DNA of 64,000 nt. It comes from an uncultured Candidatus Saccharibacteria bacterium (GTDB taxonomy: Bacteria > Patescibacteriota > Saccharimonadia > Saccharimonadales > Saccharimonadaceae). The notes under the pieces were generated by a model, which was not told the origin of the DNA, searched no databases, and was given only the letters and a program-made list of their open reading frames with translations. The DNA lies in assembly GCA_948435375.1 (NCBI GenBank), contig CAOJGQ010000001.1, positions 34,949-98,948 on the forward strand, read 5' to 3'. Numbering within the stretch: the stretch's first letter is position 1; each line of letters starts with the position of its first letter. The position numbers were made by a program, and so were the translations under genes. This document shows, in pieces, positions 32,922 through 42,650 of the stretch.

Positions 32922-33659
32922 ATGTCTCAAATAAGCCCCCGTTGCCTTGAAGAAGTCAAGGCAAAAGTGTATACACTTTTGCAGAGTGACCGGTCAGGCC
33001 ATTCAACGGACCACATTGCGCGGGTGCTCGACTTATCTCTCAAATTCGCTGCTACCGAACAAGCCGACCCGGCCTTAGTCTGGCTTATCGCCCTCTTGCA
33101 TGACGTAGACGATCACAAACTTTTCGGCGATGATTGCGCTCAAAACCTCACTCATGCCCGAAAAATTATGACATCATGCCAAATAGACCCCGAAATCCTT
33201 GCAAAAGTTTGCGATTCACTCCAGACCATCGGCTACAGCAAACGCCTCCGAGGTCTCAAGCCAAAAGACATTGCTGGCCAAATCGTCTCCGACGCTGATA
33301 TGTGTGACGGTCTCGGCGCTCACGGACTTCTGCGCATTTATGCTTATCAGCTCAAACATGATCATCCATTTTTCGATCGCCAGCTCTTTCCAAGCCTAAA
33401 TCTTACCGCTGAGCAATATGCCGCCCAAACTGCGGCCGAAACCGGCGTTGGCCACTGTTTCGAAAAAATTCTCCATCTCAAAGACCTCATGCTCACTAAG
33501 TCTGGACAAGCCGAATCTGCCAAACGCCACGATTTTATGGTTAATTTTCTACGCGAATTCTTCCTCGAGGAAAACGCCGTCGAATGGCTCGAATATCTCG
33601 AATGCTATCTCGCCCAATCCGACTCCGCCTCGAAACAATCCGCTCCCATCCAAAAATAA
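32922..33659 (+). CDS. HD-domain metal-dependent phosphohydrolase
   Basis: It has HSTDHIARVLDL...IALLHDVDDHKLF (H...HD...D). TATAAT at 32910-32915 lies 6 nt upstream of the ATG. Confidence 0.75.
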   Translation: MSQISPRCLEEVKAKVYTLLQSDRSGHSTDHIARVLDLSLKFAATEQADPALVWLIALLHDVDDHKLFGDDCAQNLTHARKIMTSCQIDPEILAKVCDSLQTIGYSKRLRGLKPKDIAGQIVSDADMCDGLGAHGLLRIYAYQLKHDHPFFDRQLFPSLNLTAEQYAAQTAAETGVGHCFEKILHLKDLMLTKSGQAESAKRHDFMVNFLREFFLEENAVEWLEYLECYLAQSDSASKQSAPIQK

Positions 33660-33832
33660 TCCCACACATCAAGCCAACCACTCCATCCCGCTTAAGTTTG
33701 TTATTTTTACAACGATTTCCGCCATACTTCTGTTTTTTCAGTGGAAAACTGGCCGAATTTCCAACCTTGACATTTTGACTAGCGTCCAGTAGTATAGTAT
33801 TAGTAATAAAAGTTAAACAGACTGGATGCGAG

Positions 33833-34354
33833 GTGATGTCTGAATTACCAGAAAAACAAATTAAACGACTACGCGGTCTGATTCAGGAGGCTGAAACTAA
33901 CTTAGCTGCGGCTAAAGAGCTCTTGATTTCGGTCCTCGGCGACGGCGAAGCGATTACTGCCCCGCGCGAGACTGTGGTCGATAGCCCAGAAGGAAAGGTC
34001 ATCGAAGGTGTTTTTGATGGTCAGATTATGATTGGTCCCGATGGCAAGAATTATCCTGTTCCCGCCAACTACGCTTCGAAATCCAAGCTGATCGAAGGCG
34101 ACATTCTGAAACTCACTATCACCCCTGAAGGTCGTTTTCTTTACAAACAGATTGGTCCCGTTGAGCGCAAAGCCGTGATCGGCACACTTGTGCATCACGA
34201 TGATAAATATTATATCGAGGTTGGCGGTCGTGAATACGAAGTCCTTTATGCCTCAGTGACTTATTTCCACCTGCGCGAAGGTAGCCAAGTTTCGGCCATC
34301 ATCCCCGCCAACAACGACCAAGCCGCCTGGGCTGCCGTTGAGGCGGCGCTCTAG
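33833..34354 (+). CDS. Hypothetical protein (173 aa) immediately upstream of dnaX
   Basis: The ORF has a GAGGTG Shine-Dalgarno and a GTG/ATG start. An N-terminal helix is followed by a beta-rich domain. I recognised no family. Confidence 0.5.
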   Translation: MMSELPEKQIKRLRGLIQEAETNLAAAKELLISVLGDGEAITAPRETVVDSPEGKVIEGVFDGQIMIGPDGKNYPVPANYASKSKLIEGDILKLTITPEGRFLYKQIGPVERKAVIGTLVHHDDKYYIEVGGREYEVLYASVTYFHLREGSQVSAIIPANNDQAAWAAVEAAL

Positions 34355-35851
34355 ATGTCCGGTTCTAAAGCTCTCTATCGCAAATATCGCCCAACCAAAC
34401 TTGCCGACGTTGTTGGTCAGACCGGCATTACATCTACCCTTGAGAACTCACTCAAACAGGGCAAAATCTCCCATGCCTACCTTTTTATCGGCCCCCGCGG
34501 CACCGGCAAAACTTCAGTCGCTCGCATTCTTGCTCACGCTGTCAATCAATTTGATTATGAGGTCGAAGACAGCTATCTCGACATCATCGAAATCGACGCC
34601 GCCTCCAACACTGGCGTCGACAACATCCGCGAGCTACGCGAAAAGGCCGTCATCGCCCCCACCAAGGGTAAGTACAAAGTTTATATTATTGACGAAATCC
34701 ATATGTTGACCAAATCCGCCTCCAACGCCCTCTTAAAAACTCTCGAGGAGCCGCCCGAACACGTCGTTTTCATTATGGCTACCACCGACGCCCACAAAGT
34801 CCCGATCACGATTTCTTCGCGCGCTCAGGTCCACACATTTAAACTCGCTGAACCAGAAATTATGCAACAACATCTGCGTAAAATCGCCAACCAAGAGGGA
34901 ATCAAAATCACCGACGAGGCCTTGGATATCGTTGTCCGTCGCGGTGGCGGATCTTTCCGCGATTCACTCAGTCTCCTCGACCAAATCACTACCCTAACTA
35001 ACCATGAGATCACCGCTGAACTTCTGAATAGCGCACTCGGTTTACCCGAAACTACCATGCTGGAAAAGCTGCTCAGCGCCTACCAAGATCACAACCACGA
35101 AACCATCATTACTCTCATTCACGAGCTCTTAAACAGTGGCCTGCAGCCCGAAATCATCACGACCGAGCTCATCGACATCATTGTCAAAAATCCACAACCA
35201 AATCTTCTGCCCCTCCTATCCCGCCTACCCGAGGTCAAACCCCCCTTCCCCGAAGCAAAATTCCTCCTCGCCTTCCTTCAAGACAGCACTGAAACGCCCA
35301 AAATCGCCCATACCGAGCCAAAAATCGCCTCAAGCCCATCAGAACCCGCCCAAAGGGCTCAAACTGCCCCAGAAAGCACTTCTGCTAAAAAAGCGCTATC
35401 AAACCCTACTCCGACCCCAAAAGCGCTAAAAACTGCCTTAGAAACCGTTAAAACACCAAAAGCTCCTGTAAAAAACGCCAAAAATGAGCCAGAAAAGGTT
35501 CCGGAAGCGACCATCGCAACCACTGAAAACAATGCCAAAATCACCGATTTTGACTGGCAAACCTTCCAAGAAAGCGTTAAAAACGCCAATTCCGCCGTCG
35601 GTAGTCAGCTCGCCAAAGTTAGCCAAAAATGCCTCAACAATTGTCTCCACCTCTATCCGACCCAAAAATTTACCAAAACCATCCTCGAAAAACCCGGCAA
35701 TCGCGATCTTCTACTCAGCTTCCTACCTACCGGCTTCAGTCTCCAAATTCACGAAATTGGCCAGCCTCCCGTCCCAAAAGACCCCACACTCTCCCAAATT
35801 TCTGATATAATGGGAGGCGTACAGGAGGTAGACGGTGACCTGCCATTTTAA
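34355..35851 (+). CDS. dnaX: DNA polymerase III subunit gamma/tau
   Basis: It has YRKYRPTKLADVVGQ, the Walker A motif GPRGTGKTS, the DEAH-like motif YIIDEIHML and the SRAQ sensor. The C-terminal region is low-complexity. Confidence 0.9.
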   Translation: MSGSKALYRKYRPTKLADVVGQTGITSTLENSLKQGKISHAYLFIGPRGTGKTSVARILAHAVNQFDYEVEDSYLDIIEIDAASNTGVDNIRELREKAVIAPTKGKYKVYIIDEIHMLTKSASNALLKTLEEPPEHVVFIMATTDAHKVPITISSRAQVHTFKLAEPEIMQQHLRKIANQEGIKITDEALDIVVRRGGGSFRDSLSLLDQITTLTNHEITAELLNSALGLPETTMLEKLLSAYQDHNHETIITLIHELLNSGLQPEIITTELIDIIVKNPQPNLLPLLSRLPEVKPPFPEAKFLLAFLQDSTETPKIAHTEPKIASSPSEPAQRAQTAPESTSAKKALSNPTPTPKALKTALETVKTPKAPVKNAKNEPEKVPEATIATTENNAKITDFDWQTFQESVKNANSAVGSQLAKVSQKCLNNCLHLYPTQKFTKTILEKPGNRDLLLSFLPTGFSLQIHEIGQPPVPKDPTLSQISDIMGGVQEVDGDLPF

Positions 35852-35885
35852 CTAAGCCGCACTTGCCTCCATTTTAGGAGGTTTT

Positions 35886-37250
35886 ATGACGCAAAATACT
35901 GAGTCCACCGCTGGGCGCATTCCACCCCAAGACGTTGAGGCCGAAAAATCCCTACTCGGCGCTTTGTTGCTTTCCGACGTCTCTTTTCCTAATGTTCTCG
36001 AGCGTCTCAAGGCACCCGATTTCTACGAAGACCGCCACCGCATTATCTTCGAGAGCATGTCCAATCTATATAGCAAACATCGCCCAATCGACCTTCTCAC
36101 CCTCACTTCCGAGCTCAAAAATAACAACAAGCTCAAAGAAATTGGCGGCCGGCCATATCTCACTGATTTAGCCAATTTTGTCCCTACCGCTTCGCACATC
36201 GATGCTTATGTTGATCTCGTCTCTAGCGCAGCCATGCGCCGTCATCTAATCAGTGCTGGCACCAAAATTGCCGACGACGCCTATGATGGTAGCACCGACA
36301 TCGAGACTCTGGTTGGTGCCGCCGAAAAAAGTCTCTTTGAAGTCTCCGACAAAGCCATCAAGACCGAATATGTCGCCCTCGAAACCCTTTTGCTCGATGC
36401 TTATGACCGTATTGAGGAATTACACAAAAATAAAGGCGCTACCCGCGGCCTTAAAACCGGTTTTCGCGACCTCGATAAGAAAACTGCCGGCCTCCAAAAA
36501 GGCGACCTCATCATCATCGGCGCCCGCCCAGCTATGGGTAAAACCACTTTTGCCCAAAACCTCGCTTATAACGTCGCTACCCACAACGGTGACAAGCGCG
36601 GCGTACTCTTTTTCTCAATGGAGATGGCCAACTCCGAAATCGTTGACCGCATGGTGTCCGACGTTTCTGGTGTCGACAACTGGAAAATCCGCACTGGCAA
36701 CGTTTCCGATGAAGATTTCGCCAAAATCGGCGATGCGCTCGGCGACATGAACGAAGTCCCGCTTTTTATCGATGACACTAGTTCAATGACCGTGCTTGAA
36801 CTCCGCAACAAAGCCCGCCGCGCCGCACATGACCATAACATTTGCATGGTAATCGTCGACTATCTCCAGCTACTCCAAGGTTCCGATCGCTACGCCGGCA
36901 ACCGTGTCCAAGAGGTCACCGAAATTTCCCGCGGACTCAAAACCCTCGCTCGTGAACTCGAAATCCCGGTCATTGCCCTCGCCCAGCTCTCCCGTGGCGT
37001 CACCGGTCGCGACGACCCCCGCCCCGTACTTTCTGACCTCCGTGAATCAGGTTCCATCGAGCAGGATGCCGACCTCGTAATGTTCCTCCATCGCCCTGAC
37101 TACTATAAACAGAATAACGACGACTTTGTTCCTACCAATATCACGGAGCTAATTCTCGCCAAACACCGCCATGGTCCAGTCGGCAAAATCGAGCTCTATT
37201 TCCACCCCGAACTGCTGCGTTTTATGTCGCTCGACAAAGAGCACGAATGA
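35886..37250 (+). CDS. dnaB: Replicative DNA helicase DnaB
   Basis: It has PPQDVEAEKSLLGALLL, the Walker A motif GARPAMGKTTFA, then VDYLQLL and SRGLKTLARELEIPVIALAQLSR. GGAGG Shine-Dalgarno lies upstream. Confidence 0.95.
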   Translation: MTQNTESTAGRIPPQDVEAEKSLLGALLLSDVSFPNVLERLKAPDFYEDRHRIIFESMSNLYSKHRPIDLLTLTSELKNNNKLKEIGGRPYLTDLANFVPTASHIDAYVDLVSSAAMRRHLISAGTKIADDAYDGSTDIETLVGAAEKSLFEVSDKAIKTEYVALETLLLDAYDRIEELHKNKGATRGLKTGFRDLDKKTAGLQKGDLIIIGARPAMGKTTFAQNLAYNVATHNGDKRGVLFFSMEMANSEIVDRMVSDVSGVDNWKIRTGNVSDEDFAKIGDALGDMNEVPLFIDDTSSMTVLELRNKARRAAHDHNICMVIVDYLQLLQGSDRYAGNRVQEVTEISRGLKTLARELEIPVIALAQLSRGVTGRDDPRPVLSDLRESGSIEQDADLVMFLHRPDYYKQNNDDFVPTNITELILAKHRHGPVGKIELYFHPELLRFMSLDKEHE

Positions 37251-37261
37251 AAAGATAGGGT

Positions 37262-37448
37262 CGAGTTGGTTTAGGCTAAATTTTCAGGATATAGAAGCAC
37301 CGCACCAGAGGACTGATTATTAGTTTTAGCAAAAAGTCAGCGCAGTTACGTCTGGGGAACTTTTTGCGTTCCGTAAGAAAAACCAAGAATCAATCCCCTG
37401 CGTAAGGCGCCCATCCTGGAAACATAGCTAAACCAACTTGATCATATC
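37262..37448 (-). ncRNA. Candidate structured small RNA (unknown class; rod-like, 6S-like dimensions)
   Basis: A consensus promoter lies immediately upstream on the minus strand. No ORF longer than 22 codons is present. The 29-nt terminal arms (37413-37441 and 37262-37290) pair to close a ~187-nt fold. The closing helix is followed by CUAUCUUUUCAUU. Confidence 0.35.
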
Positions 37449-37453
37449 CTTCC

Positions 37454-37482
37454 ATTATAGCACACTTCATCAAAAAAGTCAA
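37454..37482 (-). promoter_or_regulatory. Orphan sigma70-type promoter (copy b of the repeated module)
   Basis: The minus strand reads TTGACT (37482-37477), a 17-nt spacer, then TGC-TATAAT (37459-37454). It points toward the dnaB 3' end. Confidence 0.55.
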
Positions 37483-37520
37483 TATATACGTCGCTCCGTC
37501 TCTTATGCTATAATACTTAT

Positions 37521-39026
37521 GTGAAGAAAACGGCTATTCCTAAACTTTTTTTGTATCGCCATCGCTTTATTATTGGTTATATTTTGCTCGGGTTCGCCTT
37601 TGTTGGCATTATTTTTGGTCTACCGCTTTTAGCGCCCGACGGTCTCTCGGAAGCCGAAATGGCTTCCGCTACTACGTCTTACAACACCCATCTTAGTTCG
37701 CTTTTTTCCGGCGACGTTGTTGACCTACCTTATCACGTCCTCCAAAAACTCTCTATACTCTTTCTCGGGCTAAATATCTATTCCGTCAAGCTCCCCAGCA
37801 TGGTCATTGGCGTTATCCTTGGTATTTTATTGGTACTCCTGCTCAACCGCTGGTTCAAAAACAACGTCGCCCTGCTCGCTTCGATTCTTGCCGTTCTTTC
37901 TGCCTCTTTCCTCTATCTCTCCGGCTCTGGCACTCCGCTCATCATGCTTGTTTTTTGGCCCACCTTGCTGCTCTGGCTCGGCTCCAAAATCCAAGGCGTC
38001 ACTAAGCCTAAACCGCTCTATTGCTTCGTCTTTGCCTTCGTCCTCCTCGCCTCGATTTTCACTCCCCACCTCATCTACCTCGCCGTTTTTATCATCCTCT
38101 TCGCTTTTCTCCACCCCCATCTTCGCTTCACAATCAAAACCCTGCCCATCATCCCGCTTGTCATCACCACTTTTATCATTCTCGTAGCTGTCGCTCTCCT
38201 CATCATGGCCGCTATTATCAACCCGCCCATCATCAGCGAACTTCTCCTCGCCAAAGATTTCCAAATCAGTGGCTTCTTCAGCAACCTCCAGACTGCCTTC
38301 CTGCCTTTCTTTTCTTGGAGTACCACGCTCGAAAGCGCCTTCCTTTCGCCTTTCGTCGGCCTCGCCTCGGTCGCTCTCGCTGTCATCGGCCTGCTCTCTA
38401 CTGCCAAAGGCTTCTTCGCTTCGCGTAACTCTATCGCCAGCTGCCTCATCGTTTTTACTATCATCCTCTCTGGTCTCAGCCCCGAATCTGCCATTCTTAT
38501 CCTTCTGCCGCTTGCTATCTTGATCGCCCACGGCCTCCGCTATATCCTTGACAAGTGGTATGATCTTTTCCCCGAAAATCCCTACGCCCGGATTACCGCT
38601 CTCTTCCCAATCAGTATCTTTCTTGGCATCATGATCTACGGCGGCATTTCTCATTTCCTTTACGGTTACCATTATTCACCGATGGTCGCCGATCAATTCA
38701 ACGACGACATCACTCTCATCCACGACAACCTCCCCATCGGCTCTACACTATACGTCATCAACCACGAAACTGCCTATCACTTTTACCAGATCCTCGCCGA
38801 CCAAAAATTACTTGAGGTTTCGAACGAACTACCGCCCATTACCGAGCTGCCCGCCAGCTTTGCGACTCTTGGACACGCTGATGACGTCCCGGCCGATGTT
38901 AGCCGCATTATAACCTCGCCAAAAGCCAGCAACTCTGATAGAATATATATGTACACCGTTGATCCAAGCATTTTGGAACAACAAAATATTGAAGAAGTAA
39001 ACGAAGATAAGGAAAGCGAGGGATAA
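37521..39026 (+). CDS. Polytopic membrane protein, GT-C/ArnT-PMT-like glycosyltransferase candidate
   Basis: 501 aa with about 11-12 TM helices and a C-terminal soluble domain. The start is GTG, 6 nt after TATAAT (37509-37514). The family assignment rests on architecture only. Confidence 0.4.
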   Translation: MKKTAIPKLFLYRHRFIIGYILLGFAFVGIIFGLPLLAPDGLSEAEMASATTSYNTHLSSLFSGDVVDLPYHVLQKLSILFLGLNIYSVKLPSMVIGVILGILLVLLLNRWFKNNVALLASILAVLSASFLYLSGSGTPLIMLVFWPTLLLWLGSKIQGVTKPKPLYCFVFAFVLLASIFTPHLIYLAVFIILFAFLHPHLRFTIKTLPIIPLVITTFIILVAVALLIMAAIINPPIISELLLAKDFQISGFFSNLQTAFLPFFSWSTTLESAFLSPFVGLASVALAVIGLLSTAKGFFASRNSIASCLIVFTIILSGLSPESAILILLPLAILIAHGLRYILDKWYDLFPENPYARITALFPISIFLGIMIYGGISHFLYGYHYSPMVADQFNDDITLIHDNLPIGSTLYVINHETAYHFYQILADQKLLEVSNELPPITELPASFATLGHADDVPADVSRIITSPKASNSDRIYMYTVDPSILEQQNIEEVNEDKESEG

Positions 39027-39029
39027 CCT

Positions 39030-39326
39030 ATGGGTGCCACTATGGACCAAATGAAAGTTCTAAACCAACTCCGCAAGGCGCAAAAATCGCTCAAAAACGA
39101 AATCGTTGAGGTTGAAGCCGGCGATGGCGCAGTCACCGTCCAAATCACTGGTGAACTCAAGATCAAAAACGTCAAAATCGACCCCGAAAAAGTCGATCTC
39201 GACGATATTCACGAGCTCGAGCGCTGGATCGAAGATTGTATGCGTGACGGTTATGCCAAAGCTCAGGAAATCGCCACCGACAAAATGAAACCACTAATGG
39301 GCAACCTCGGAAATTTGGGATTATAA
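39030..39326 (+). CDS. ybaB: Nucleoid-associated protein YbaB/EbfC
   Basis: 98 aa. MKVLNQLRKAQKSLKNEIVEVEAGDGAVTVQITGELKIKNVKIDPE is the typical YbaB pattern. Confidence 0.85.
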   Translation: MGATMDQMKVLNQLRKAQKSLKNEIVEVEAGDGAVTVQITGELKIKNVKIDPEKVDLDDIHELERWIEDCMRDGYAKAQEIATDKMKPLMGNLGNLGL

Positions 39327-39329
39327 TAT

Positions 39330-39692
39330 ATGATTAGTAATATCGATATTAGTGGGCATAATTATAAAGTTTCAGATAGCTTCAAAAAATATACCACGAA
39401 ACGCCTAGGGAAACTCGACCGCTTCCTGCCACGAGGTCACAAAAAAGACATCATTATGAAAATTATCGTCTCGGAAATTGGCCATCCTCACGGCAACAAA
39501 TACGAAATTTCCGCCGCAATGGAAATCCCCGGCGGCAAAGTCATCACGACCAAAGATGAATGTTCTAATGTTTTTGCCGGTATCGACATTATTGAAGCTA
39601 AGCTCAAAGGACAAGTCCGTCGCTTTAAGCTCGAAGCTACCCCGCACCTCTCAAAGAAAGGCCTCAAGAGCCTTTTTGTCAAACGTGGATAG
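39330..39692 (+). CDS. hpf: Ribosome hibernation promoting factor (short HPF/RaiA family)
   Basis: 120 aa. ISGHNYKVSDSFKKYTTKRLGKLDRFL is the S30AE/HPF N-terminal pattern. It sits upstream of secA, as in Firmicutes. Confidence 0.85.
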   Translation: MISNIDISGHNYKVSDSFKKYTTKRLGKLDRFLPRGHKKDIIMKIIVSEIGHPHGNKYEISAAMEIPGGKVITTKDECSNVFAGIDIIEAKLKGQVRRFKLEATPHLSKKGLKSLFVKRG

Positions 39693-39819
39693 ACTCATTA
39701 ATCCTGAGCTGAGCTAAACCTCGTTTAATACCCTTTGTGTTCAAACCATGCAGTAATTTCTGCAAAGTATGCTATAATTAAGAGAAATATTGAGTGAGAG
39801 TTGTGGAGACCGACCGACC

Positions 39820-42576
39820 ATGAAGAATCAAGCACTTTCTGCCGAGCAAAAAGCAGAAAAACCAACCAAATCTAACGTGAAACACGCTAAAAAGTCAAAA
39901 GAAAAGCAGCCAACTGACAAACTAGCTGACAAGACTTTGTTGACCCGTATTTTGCAGGGAGTTTTTGGCGATGCGCAGAAGAAAACTTTGAAGCGCATGT
40001 ATCGCCAGGCCCTCGAAATCGGCAAACTTGAGCCAAAATATGCCGCTATGTCAGATGAGGAACTCAGCGCTCAAACTGATAAGCTTAAGTCTCAGCTCGG
40101 AGACGGTAGCCAAAAAGCGCTTGATCATATCTTGAACGACGCTTTTGCTATCGCCCGCGAAGCCGCCAAACGTATTTTGGGACTTCGACCGTTTGACGTC
40201 CAGTTGATTGGCGGCATGGTGCTCCATGAAGGCAATGTCGCTGAAATGAAAACTGGCGAAGGAAAAACTTTAGTAGCCTTGTTGCCAGCTTATCTCAACG
40301 CACTGACTAGCAAAGGCGTTCATATCGTAACGGTCAACGACTACCTTGCTCAACGTGACGCCGGCTGGAACGCACCAGTGTATCATTTTCTTGGTCTCAG
40401 CGTCGGCGTTATTATTAATCAAGCCAGCTTTGTCTATGATCCCGAATACGAAAACGCCGAACACGACGACGAACGTTTCCGCCACCTAAAACCTGCTACT
40501 CGCAAAGAAGCCTATGCGGCCGACATTACCTACGGAACCAATAACGAATTCGGCTTCGACTATTTGCGCGATAATATGGTAAGCGAGCCCAAATATCTCC
40601 GCCAACGCGCTCTCAACTACGCCATCGTTGACGAAGTTGACTCAATTTTGATTGACGAAGCTCGTACTCCACTTATCATTTCTGCTCCGGCTGGTGATAA
40701 CCCTGACGCTTATTATCAATTTGCCAAAATTGCTGCCGTTCTCGTTGCTGAAGATTATATTTATGACGAAAAACGCCGCAGCGTCACTCTAACCGACAAA
40801 GGCGTCGAAAAAGTCCAAGCGATGCTTGGCGTCAAGAACCTGTATAGCACAAAACACACTCGCCTAGTCTATCACATGGAGCAGGCTTTGCGCGCTCAAG
40901 TAGTCTTCGCCCGCGACAAAGATTACGTTGTTACCAATAGTGGCGATGTCGTGATTGTCGACGAGCATACTGGCCGCCTCATGCAAGGACGTCGCTATAA
41001 CGAAGGTTTACACCAGGCAATTGAAGCCAAAGAGGGTGTTGCTGTCAAACAAGAATCCATGACGCTCGCAACCATCTCTTTCCAAAACTTCTTCCGTCTT
41101 TACAACAAACTATCCGGCATGACCGGTACTGCCTTCACCGAAGCCGAAGAGTTCCAACAAATTTACTCGCTCGATGTTATTCAGATTCCACCCAACCGCC
41201 CGATTCAGCGCGTTGACAAAGATGATTTAATTTATAAAACTGAAGCCGGCAAACTCAAGGCTATTGCCGCCGAAATCAAAAAATACCATGACAAGGGCCA
41301 GCCAGTGCTTGTCGGCTCCGCTAGCATTGCTAAAAACGAGCTAATCGCGCGCTATCTTGATAGCCAAGGCATCAAATACGAACTCTTGAACGCCAAAAAC
41401 AACGAACGCGAAGCTGCCGTAATCGAAAAAGCCGGCCAAAAAGGCGCCGTTACTCTCGCCACCAACCTTGCTGGTCGCGGTACCGACATTAAACTGGGCG
41501 AGGGGGTGAAAGAGCTCGGTGGTCTCGTCGTTATCGGTTCCGAACGTCATAATTCCCGTCGCGTTGATAATCAGCTGCGCGGTCGTGGCGGTCGCCAAGG
41601 TGATCCCGGCACCACTCAATTCTTCGTTAGCTGTGAAGACGATCTTATGCGTGTCTTCCAGGGCGATCGTATTGCTGCCTTGATGAGTCGGCTCGGCGTT
41701 GACGAAGACACGCCAATCCAAAACAAGAGTGTCTCAAAAACCCTTGAGAATGCCCAGAAGCGCATCGAAGGTTTTAACTTTGACTCGCGCAAGAATGTTG
41801 TCCAATATGACAACGTCATTAACCGTCATCGCAAAGTTGTCTATACCATGCGTCGCAAAATCCTCGATGGTGAAAGTATCCATCACGAAATCCAACGTCT
41901 CATGCGCAATATTGCCGAAGATCTCGCCAAAGATAGTTCGCGCGTGAACAAAAATTTCGTGCACGACTTCAAGGATGTTATCAACGCCGACGAAGCTAAA
42001 ATTGAACAAATCGGCAAAATGCGCAAAGAAAAAGAGCGCATCAAGGCCGCCCAAAAGCTTATCGAAGAACAGTACGCCGCAAAAGAAGCCGAATTTAATC
42101 CTGAAATCATGCGCAAAGTCGAGCGCGAAGTCTATCTCAAAGTTCTCGATACCCTTTGGATGCAACATCTCGAAAACATGCAACATCTCCGCGAAGGCAT
42201 TCATTGGCGCAGCGTTGGCCAACGCGATCCGTTAGTCGAATATCGCAGCGAATCTCAAAAACTTTTTGAAGGACTCGAAAAAAATCTGCGCGAAGAAGTA
42301 ATAAAAATTCTTCTCAGCCTCACCAAGCGTGAAGCCATCGAAGAAGATGTCACCGATGGCCAAGAATATGAATCCGAACTTACTAAAATGGCCGAAAGCA
42401 CCACCGAAAAAGGCGTCAACGAAGTTAGTGCCGGCGAAAAGAACATGGACGACGAGTTTAAGGATAACCATAAAACCAACCATTCTAAGAATAATCATCC
42501 CAACAATAAGCGCAATCAAGCGCGCAAATCCAAGAAAAAAGAACGCCAAAACAAAAAGAAAGGGAAGCAACGATAA
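39820..42576 (+). CDS. secA: Preprotein translocase ATPase SecA
   Basis: It has RPFDVQLIGGMVLHEGNVAEMKTGEGKTLVA, DEVDSILIDEARTPLIIS and TNLAGRGTDIKLG. It also has a basic N-terminal extension and a Lys-rich C-terminal tail. I chose ATG 39820 over the upstream TTG. Confidence 0.95.
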   Translation: MKNQALSAEQKAEKPTKSNVKHAKKSKEKQPTDKLADKTLLTRILQGVFGDAQKKTLKRMYRQALEIGKLEPKYAAMSDEELSAQTDKLKSQLGDGSQKALDHILNDAFAIAREAAKRILGLRPFDVQLIGGMVLHEGNVAEMKTGEGKTLVALLPAYLNALTSKGVHIVTVNDYLAQRDAGWNAPVYHFLGLSVGVIINQASFVYDPEYENAEHDDERFRHLKPATRKEAYAADITYGTNNEFGFDYLRDNMVSEPKYLRQRALNYAIVDEVDSILIDEARTPLIISAPAGDNPDAYYQFAKIAAVLVAEDYIYDEKRRSVTLTDKGVEKVQAMLGVKNLYSTKHTRLVYHMEQALRAQVVFARDKDYVVTNSGDVVIVDEHTGRLMQGRRYNEGLHQAIEAKEGVAVKQESMTLATISFQNFFRLYNKLSGMTGTAFTEAEEFQQIYSLDVIQIPPNRPIQRVDKDDLIYKTEAGKLKAIAAEIKKYHDKGQPVLVGSASIAKNELIARYLDSQGIKYELLNAKNNEREAAVIEKAGQKGAVTLATNLAGRGTDIKLGEGVKELGGLVVIGSERHNSRRVDNQLRGRGGRQGDPGTTQFFVSCEDDLMRVFQGDRIAALMSRLGVDEDTPIQNKSVSKTLENAQKRIEGFNFDSRKNVVQYDNVINRHRKVVYTMRRKILDGESIHHEIQRLMRNIAEDLAKDSSRVNKNFVHDFKDVINADEAKIEQIGKMRKEKERIKAAQKLIEEQYAAKEAEFNPEIMRKVEREVYLKVLDTLWMQHLENMQHLREGIHWRSVGQRDPLVEYRSESQKLFEGLEKNLREEVIKILLSLTKREAIEEDVTDGQEYESELTKMAESTTEKGVNEVSAGEKNMDDEFKDNHKTNHSKNNHPNNKRNQARKSKKKERQNKKKGKQR

Positions 42577-42650
42577 AACACTCAGCCGAAGAAATCAAAC
42601 TAGCTTCCGGCGCAAAAGGACTGCTCATCGATATTCCAGGCGCTAGCGTC

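Noticed and set aside
33660-33832. I searched for SRP RNA (ffs/scr) upstream of dnaX, where it sits in Firmicutes.
   Set aside because: There is no GGAA-tetraloop hairpin flanked by the conserved AGCAG-type strand. The spacer holds a normal promoter (TTGACA, 17 nt, TAGTAT) for the 173-aa ORF.
35384-35395. A possible dnaX tau/gamma frameshift or slippage site at the A6 run (GCT AAA AAA GCG), with a -1 frame stop about 12 codons downstream.
   Set aside because: The run is not in the A_AAA_AAG phase required for the known -1 slippery heptamer. A6 is short for transcriptional slippage, and I saw no downstream stem-loop. I record it only as a remote possibility.
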